Positions 20,001 through 29,000 of a DNA stretch of 36,778 bases are shown piece after piece. Made by a program: the position numbers and the translations under genes. The stretch lies in the IMG/VR virus record IMGVR_UViG_3300021066_000083, positions 1 to 36,778 of that record; one strand, given 5' to 3'. Within the stretch, counting starts at the first letter, position 1, and every line of letters begins with the position of its first letter. The stretch comes from a virus (taxonomy: Duplodnaviria; Caudoviricetes). The notes under the pieces are model-generated. The model did no database searches and had not been told where the DNA came from. It saw only the letters and a program-made list of their open reading frames with translations.

Positions 20001-23000
20001 CATAGCGCGCTCGGCGCCAGCAACGCCGGGCAGCGCATCCTCGCCGTCTCCCTGGCGCAGGGCATCGGCGTCGCCCGTGAGACCGCCCGCCACGAGATCA
20101 TTCATATGGCGCGCGAGCTGCACCTCTTTACCGAGGTCGAGTGGCAGGCGCTGGTCAATGAGGCGAAGCGCCAGCTGGTCGCCCAGCAGATCACCATGCG
20201 CTTGGCCGACGGGCAGATCGTCGCCGACATGGACGCCTATCGCACGGCATACCGGGCACAGCTTGAGGGGCTTGGCTACGCTGGGGCGCCGCTGGAAGCC
20301 CGTCTGCAGGAAATGCTCGACCAGGAGCTGGTCGCCAAGCTGGCGGAGACCTTTATCGACGGGGCCCGCACCGGCACGCCGCTCGATCAGCTCTTGGAGC
20401 GCCTGTCGCGCTTTTTCGAGGCGGTGCTCAATGCGTGGCGCGGGGCGGGGCTCATTTCCCCGCGCGATGTGCTGAGCAAGACGTTCTCCGGCGAGCTGGC
20501 GCAGCGCGCCGCCGCGGAAGCCCGCGCCAAGGAAGCCGAGCTGCTGCCGCCCGGCCTGCAGGAGCTGCTCGACGACGTGCGCTTGTCGGGGCGCGGCATG
20601 CCCTTCCCGGTCACCGCCCGCGGCGACTTCGTGGCCGCGTCGATGGTCGGCTATCACGGCTCCTCGGCCGACTTCGAGGGGTTCGAGTGGGAGAAGATCG
20701 GCGGCGGCGAAGGCTCGACCTCCTATTTCACGCCCGGCATCCACTACTTCGCCTACGGCCACAACTTCGCCTCGGCGCCCAACGTGGCGCGCGAGTATCA
20801 TCGCACCTTCGGCCGCGTCGTCTATGACGGCCGGGCCCACGATCCCAATAACCCGGCGCACCGCGCCGCCGACCTCCTGCTGCAGTACAATAATGATCGC
20901 GAGGCGGCGATCCAAGCCGCGATCGACGAGGCGGCTTATCAGGACCAGCAGCGGGCGCAGGCGCCGTTCCTCGACCGGGCGTCGCGCTCCTGGCACGGCG
21001 AGCGGGCCCGTCTTGCCCGGGAGGCCGAGGCGAAGCTGCGCCATAACGCCGAAGCCAAGCTCAGCAAGACGGGCGGCGTCTATGAGGCGCGCCTTGACGT
21101 CGACGCCGAGGCCTTGCTCGATCTCGATACGCCGCTCGCCCGGCAGAGCCCGCGCATCCAAAGCTTCGCCAAGGAGGTCATCGACGGGGCGATGAAGCGC
21201 CTCGAAGCCCACGGCCACAAGCAGACCTTGGAGGCGATCAAGGACGGCACCGTCAACGGCTTCCATTTGATCCGCATCATGGGCGGGCCGATCGAGGCCG
21301 TCTCCAAGCAGCTCGACGCCGCCGGCATCAAGGGCGTGCGCTATGCCGACCAGTATTCGGAGGCCGCGCCCGGCACCCCCAACTATGTGGTGTTTGACGA
21401 CAAGCTGATCACCATCACCGCCAAGAACGGCAAGCCGGTGCCCGAGGCGGCGCGGCAGCGGGCGATCGACGGCGGCTCGGTGCCGCTCGGGCCCGGCGAT
21501 GTCACCTTCGCCTCCTACGTCGCCTATCACGGGACGCCCAACGACTGGACGCCGGAGCGGCGCGTGCGTCTCGCTGACGGCAAGGAAATCTACGTGGGGC
21601 TCGCCGAGCCGCTGCCGCCCGACGCCACCGTCATCAAGGAATACCCGGCGGGGCGCGTCGACCTGTCCAAGATCGGCACCGGCGAGGGCGCTCAGGCCTA
21701 TGGCCCGGGGTTCTATGCGGCCGATAAGCTGGGCGTCGCCAAGAGCTATTACGACACCCTGTCGAAGCGCAAGCGCGTGCGCCGCGCCATCGTCCGCCTC
21801 GACGGGGAGACCAGCGGCGAATACGCCGACAAGCGGCTGGAGAAGATGCAGGCGCAGCTTGGCAAGCTGCCGCCTTATGATGCGGCCGAGCACCAGCGCT
21901 GGCATACCATCGCGGCGGAGATGGCGTTCCTCTCTGCCGACCGTGCCATTGCGCAACCCCACTACTCCTTGGTGCCGGCCGTCAAGCGGGCAATGGCGCG
22001 CGGCGGCGGCCCGAAAGCCTACTACCCCGAGGCGCTGAAGGGTATGGTGCCGGTCGACAGCCGACAGCCGCTGGCGGTGCAAGCGGCCGCCTATCTCGAC
22101 GGCTACAGTCATCTGCCGAACGCGCGCGCGGCGGCGCTTATCAACCAGCGCGAGCAGATCAACGCCGCGGTCAGTGCCCTGACGCCGCTCGGCTTCAGCC
22201 GCGAGGACAAGATCGAACGCGCCGCCATCCAGGCTCGCATTGAGCGCAACCGCCAGCTCATCCAGATTATCGAAGCTGGCGGCGAGGCGAAGGGCATCCC
22301 GGCAACCGAGATCATCGCCAAGCTCACCGAATTCGAGAAGGCGCGCGACCTCACCGAGGCCATTGCGGCGCACGAAGCCGGCGACAACCCGCCCGACCTG
22401 CGCTTCGACAACGCCACCTTGCGCGAGTCCGGTATCGCCATGCTGGAGGAGTACGAGAGCGCCGACGCGTTCATCCGCGAGCACGGCTACTACGACAAGC
22501 ATTCGGTTCACGCCCTCGCCGCCGAGGAAGTGCGGCAGTTGGCGCGTGACAACCGCCTCACCTGGGAGCCGCTGCCCGACTCTAAGAGCGGCGGCCTCTA
22601 CAAGCTCGACATCAAGGTCGACGACAGCCAAATCCTCGATTGGGACCTGAAGATCAGCCAGCAGCACCCGAAGGTGCAGGCGGCGCTGAAGCAGGCGAAT
22701 ATCGTCTCTCCGGCCTCCGGCAACTGGCTGCAGCGCATCCTCAATGCCGGGCGCGACGACACCCCGCCCGCCGCCAAGGTGATCCGCGACAAGCAGGCGA
22801 TGAACCCGGCCGGGTTGCGCAAGGCGCTGGCCGACAACGGCATCAAGGTCATTCGCTATCTCGACGGCACCTCGCGCGCCAAGGGCGCTGGCTCCTACAA
22901 TTACGTGGTGCTCGATGAGGAGGTTGTCGACGTCGTCGCCAAGAACGGCGAGGTCGTGGGCGACGATTTCCGCAAGGGGCTGATGCAGAAGGCGAGGGAG

Positions 23001-26000
23001 AGCGCGCTCGCCGCCTCGCCGATGGGCGCCGCCTTCCTCGCTCAGGTGACCGCCGAAAACCCGGGGGCCTCCCCGTTCGATTGGGTGCAGGGCGCTATTC
23101 AACGCGCCAATCTGGAGGCCGACCGCTACGAGCGTGGCACGCCCGCCCACCAGGACGCCATCGGGGCGCTCGCCTCCTTGCGCCGGGTCGAGGCAACCTA
23201 CCTGTCGGGCGTGCTGGAGATGGGTGGCGAACCGCGTTTGCGGCGCGCCGAGGCGCAAGGCTTTGACACGAGCACGGTGTACTACCACGGGACCGGCGCC
23301 AAGTTCGATCGTTTCAACCCGGCGAAACAGCACCGCAACTCGGACGCCGAATATAGCGCCGTGTTCGTCACCGAGGACCCGAAGTTCGCCGACCTATTCG
23401 CCGAGGCGGCCTATGCGCCGTCGCCGCAGACGGGCGTGCCGCGCACTCTCGCCCTTTATGTGCGCACGCCGCAGCGCGCCGATCTCACCTCGGAGGCCGA
23501 CCTCAATCGTATTGCCGCAGCCTTGGCCGCGCGCCTAAGCGTTGCCCGAGAGCGTGAGACGAGCGTTGAGGACGCGCGTCAACAGCTCGTCCAACATATC
23601 GCCGATGGCCGCCTCGAATGGGCGTATGGCTTTGGCGTTGCCGCCGCGCAGGACGCCGGCTTTGATGCCGTGCCGCTGCACGATTCCTATGGCCCCTCGC
23701 TGGCCATCTTCGACCCGAGCAACATCCGCTCCGTCGACGCCGAGTTCGCCGACGGCACGGAAAACAGCGACCTGCTGATGGCCTCCGCCGTGCTCGACGA
23801 GCAGACCCTGAAGGGCCTCGACGGGCTCGCCGCCAAGATCGAGACCGGCACGCCATCGTCGCGGGCGGCGACCAAGTCGGGAACGAAGCCGGGTGACGTC
23901 AAAGCCTTGGGCGATCTCATCGCCGACATCAAGGACGCCATCGGCATGACGGCGACCCAGGGCCGCTACGGCTTCACGGTCACCGACCGCACCGCCGGCC
24001 CCGAGCAGAACCGCCCCCCGCGCTCCTGGCGCTTCCGCCCGCAGTCCAACCTGCGCGGCCAGTATGACATGCGCGCCGGCGTCGCCCGCTATCGCCTCGC
24101 CACCGACATTGAAGCCATTGCCCACGAAGGTGGCCATCACTTGGAGCGCCTGTTCGGCGGCGACCTGCGACAGGTGACCGACGCGCACCGGCGCGAGCTG
24201 CTCGACTACGCGGCGCGCGGGGCGATTCCCGCCGCCCCCGATCGCCCCGTCCCGGCCATGCCGGAGACCGGCTACTCTGGCCTCGATCTCGACGCCGACG
24301 CCCAGCGCATCCTCGTCGAGGCTTCGAGCGCGTGGTCGACTCTGTCGGCCGCCCAGACGCTGCCGGCGGGCAGCCCCGTCCACCAGATCGCCACCAACAA
24401 GTTCGGCCGCTACTCGGAGGAGCTGGCGCACCGGGTGGGGGCGCAAATCGCCGAGGCCTTGATCCAGGAGGTCGCCTCCAAGACGCTGCCCAATACGCGC
24501 ATCGACTACGTGCGCCAGCGCTTCTCGGCCACCGGCACGCCGCGCCCGGCACCCAAGGACCTGCGCACCTCGATGTCGGAGGGCTTCGCCGAGTTCTTCC
24601 GCGAGTACGTCACCGATCCGAACCGGGCGGCGCGCTTCGCCCCCGGCTTCTATCAGGCGTTCGAAGATTTCCTCGACGTCGAGGGCCCGCAACTCCTCGA
24701 AAAGATCGAGCGGTTGCAGATCGTCACCACCGCCAAGGAATATGAGCAGTATCTGCAGGCGACCACAGTCGACCGCGGCGTCGCCGATCTCGTCACCAAC
24801 GCCGACTACCGCTGGTCGGCCAAGTGGAAAGCGTTGAAAGAGACGCTAGCCGACATGGGGCAGGCAGAGACCATCTCCGGCAAGGCGGCGGAAATCTACG
24901 CCGGCGCCGTCGACGAGGTGCACCCCTGGTATGTGGCGGTCAAGAACCTGCTGCTGCAGCGCGACGAGAACGACGCCGACGTGCATAAGCGCGCCGTCGC
25001 CAATGCTCAGAAGCTGGGGCTGCCGATCCCGGAGACGCCGCGTGCCGCCTCGCTCGCCGTGCACGAGAACCCCTACAAGCTGATCCGCGCCATCGGCGAC
25101 AGCTTCAAGACGGGGCTGCGGTGGATTCAGGACGGCATGCCGCACTATCGCCGCGCCGACGGGCCGCGCTCCGCCTCGTTGTGGGATGCGCTCAATCTGG
25201 TGATGAGCGGCAAGTGGGACAACGACGCCTATCAGAAGTTCGGCGTCTACCTGGAATCGCGCCGCGCCGTCGAGGAGTGGAAGCTGTGGGAGGCCAAGCG
25301 CGTCGAGATGGCCAATCTCGATCGGCGCATCGCTACGGCGCGCGGTCAGCTTTCCGCCCTGCGCGAACAGCGCCGCAAGGCCGAGGCCATGCTGGAGCGG
25401 CGCAGCAAAGCGACCACCGGCAACGAAGCGGTGGCCCGCGAGCTTGACCGGCAGCTGCAGAAGCTGATCACCCAGGAGGCTGGTCTCGTTCTCGCCCTGC
25501 AGGAGGGGCAGGTGGCGACGCCGGGCATGCAGGACGGGCAGGTGGTCCGCGTGCACGCCCAGCTGGCCGACGTCCGCCGCCAGCTCAATGCCCTGGAAGC
25601 GCGCCGCGGCGACGTACTGACCCGGGCGCTGGGCGTCGAGGGCGACGCGGCGACGCTCTCCGATCAGGTCGACCGCCTCAACGAGGCAATCCTCAAGCGC
25701 GAGTCGGCGATCGAGCAGGCGAGCGAGCGCCGCGACGAGCTGCACAATAACGGCCTGCAGCGCGCCCCGCACCGCGTCTCCCAGGCCGAGCACGAGGCAC
25801 GCATCGCCGCGCTCGAAACCGAGAATGGCAACTTCGGGCAAGCGGCCGAGCACGTCTACGCCTTCCTCTGGGCAACGGCGGTGCACGATTTCGAGGCAGG
25901 GCGCCTGACGCAGGCAGAGCTGGACTACCGCAAGACGCGGCGCCATTTCTACGTGCCCTTTGCCCGCGACCTGTCCGACATCATCGAGGAGCGCGGCTTC

Positions 26001-29000
26001 GGTGGGCGCTCGACCACCCGCCGCTTCCAGAAGGACAAGGCCTTCGCCGGCTCCGATCGCGCTATCGTCAATCCGATCGAGACGATCATCGATCAGATGT
26101 TCCACCGCGCCGCAGCAACCCACTTCAACGACACGGTGAAGGCGCTGGCGACGCTGGCCGACAACACCGGCCCGGGCGGCAACGCCATCGCCGAGCGGGT
26201 CGAGAAGTCGGCGCTGCTCGCCGCCAACGCCGACGGCTTCGCCAAGCTCGAAGGCCACCTCATGTCGCTCGGCTACAGCCAAGAGGACGCGCGCGAGATG
26301 GTGAAGCGCGTCGAGAGCGACTTCGGCGACACGCAGCTGCTGCTCACCTGGGCCCCGGAGAACATGGGCGCCAAGCGGCCGCTGCTGCTGCCGCTGTGGG
26401 AGAACGGCGAGCGCAAGTTCGTGCGCATCAATGACCCCGAGTTCGCCAAGGCGGTGCATGAATCGGTGAACGGCATCGGCCGCGAAATGAGCGGGCTGAT
26501 CATGGATTGGGCGGCGGCGCCGGCGACGTGGCTGCGCCTCGGCATCACCACCAACCCGACGTTCGTCATCCCCAACATCATCCGCGATATGTTCGCCGCC
26601 TTCCAGATCACCGGCTCGATCATGGACCCGCGCACGTGGCCGGTGATTACCCAGGCGCGCGGCCTCTACCACGAGCTGCGACAGACCGATATGGCCCGCC
26701 TCTATCAGGAGGTCGCCGGCATCATGGGCGGGCAGAACGTCGCCGCCTTGTCGAAGGTGCGCGATAAGATGGACGTCATGCAGCTGCAGGACCGCGGCCT
26801 GCGCATCAAGCCGATGCGCCTGCTGATCGCCGGCGGCATCGGCGCCACCGCCGGCTTCGCCCTGGCGGGTCCGGCCGGTTCGCTGTTCGGCGCCTTCCTC
26901 GGTGCCGGCCTGCACCGCGCCGGCAAGTCGGGCACCAACTTCTGGGAAACGATGGCGCTGTTCTCCGATATGTCGGAAACGGCAACGCGGCTTGGCGTGT
27001 TCACCACCGCCTTCGATGCGGCCAAGAGCTACAACCCGCAGCTCACCAAATTCCAGGCGGCGCAGGAGGCCGCCTACGTCGCCCGCGACCTTATCGACTT
27101 CGGCCGCCGCGGCTCCAAGATGCTCGCCGCTTCCCGCCTCGTGCCGTTCCTCAATGCCAACATCCAGGGCCTCGACAAGACGGTGCGCACGCTGGCGACG
27201 GCGCGCTCGGATCGCGGCGCTTCCCTGTCGCCCACCAAGATGGCGGCTGCGGTTGCCGCCGGCGCCGGCGTCGGCATGGCTGCTGGGCCGATCGGCGCCG
27301 CCGTCGGTGCCGTGGTCGGGCCCGCCGTCGCCGCTCAGTTCGCCTCCCGCTCGGAAAAGGTGCGCCGCCTCTTGGCGCCGTTCTATAAGCGCAACTCGGG
27401 CTTGAAGCTCAGCCGCGACGAGGAGCGGGCGCTCGCCGATTCGGCCAAGGCATGGATGAACCTGCTGCTCTATACCGCCTTCCTGCTGTCCTTCCGCTGG
27501 CTCTACGACGACGATGATGAGTACAAGATGATCGAGCCGAAGCTGAAGTACCGCGCCCAGCCGGTGAAGGTCGGCGACGAGTGGGGCGGCATCCCCAAGG
27601 CCTTCGAGTGGTCGATCCCGGCGACGATCATCGAGGCGGCGATCGACGCGCAGCTCGACAGCGACCCACGTTTGAAAGAGCGCATCATCGGGGCGCTGTA
27701 CGAGAACGCCGTGCCGCCGCTGCCGATCCCGCAAGGCTTCACCCTGTGGTCGGACATCCGCTCTAATTTCGACGCCCGCCGCGGCCGCCCCATCGTCCCC
27801 TCGTTCATGCAGAACCGCCCGCCACAGGAGCAGTACAACGCCTATTCGTCCAAGTTCGCCATGTGGCTCGCCCGGCAGATCAACGAGAACGCCGCCCTCA
27901 AGGCGGGCGTCGAAGCGCAGGGCCGCAAGCTGTTCGGCGTCGACCGCTTCCAGGTCTCGCCGCTGCTCATCGACTACGCCATTTCCACCGGCGGCGGCTA
28001 CTGGGGCAAGGATGTGCAGAAGCTCTCCAACTTCGCCGGCGAGGTAGGCCCACGCTCGGGGCGGGTCACCGAGTGGCCAATCATCGGCACGCTGCTGCAG
28101 CGCCTGTCGATCGATCCCTACCGGGCGAACGACGCCAAGGAGGGCTACTGGAAGCGCATGGCCCAGTTCGGCGGCACCTTCATGGTGGCGGCCGGCGGCT
28201 ATGATTCGATCCTCAAGGACCGCAGCCAGGAGGCAGCCAACCAGTTCCTGGCGACGCTCCCCGAGGAGGAGCGCGCCTTCGCCCTGGTCATGGCCCAGGA
28301 GGACACGAAAAAGCGCCGCCTGCACCCGTTCAAGCGCATGGCCGACGTCTACGACGCCACCAAGGACATCAGCCAGGAGATCATCGCCGGCCGCCTGGAG
28401 GATACTTCGGTCAAGAGCGATCCGAAGCGGATCGTCCTCGCCCCCGACAAGGCCTTCGAGGTCCTTAACGCCCTGGAGCAGCTGCAGGGCATCGAGATGA
28501 CCAACACCATGATCGCCTTGAAGATCGATCAGTTCGCCGCGCGCAAGCCGCTCGATACCGCCCCGGCGCTGGCGCTGTTGCAAGCCGCCTCGCCCGCCGT
28601 GGCTGCCGAGTTGCAGGAACGCTACAAACGCAAGCACGTGGTCGACTACGCCGACGCCGTCAAGGAGTGGCCGCTCATCAAAGACGAGCTTATGGAGGAG
28701 TGGGAGGCGAGCATGGCCGGCGGCAACGCCGCCCTGCCCAACGCCAAGCCGCGCAAGATGCGCCTCGGCGGGCCACCAGCCGATCCGCGCGGCAAATGGG
28801 AGGACAGCGGCACCACGCGCCGGGCCCCGGGCGCGGATTCGCAGGACTGGGTCGATCGCCTCCCGGCCATCACCGGAGGACGTGACCGGCCGTCACCCAT
28901 GCCGGTGCTGCCTGGACAAGTGACTCGCGACGACGATGCCGGCGGCGTCTACCACCCGGATGTGATGCTAGATCAGCAGGGCCAGCCGACCGACGAGTTC

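Noticed and set aside
19735-20475. Further nested +1 ORF (246 aa)
   Set aside because: No convincing SD. Beyond a short patch the main frame keeps normal codon bias and the product is typical R/S/P-rich shadow sequence.
18960-23333. Very long minus-strand ORFs (also 4023-7271, 24846-28637, 30834-34196, 11292-13016)
   Set aside because: Codon-aligned antisense shadows of high-GC plus-strand genes; no recognisable motifs.
23134-23778. +1-frame ORFs 23134-23538 and 23542-23778 over an A/T-richer part of ART-6
   Set aside because: The main frame encodes a folded domain there, the alternative products look like shadows, and the starts lack an SD.
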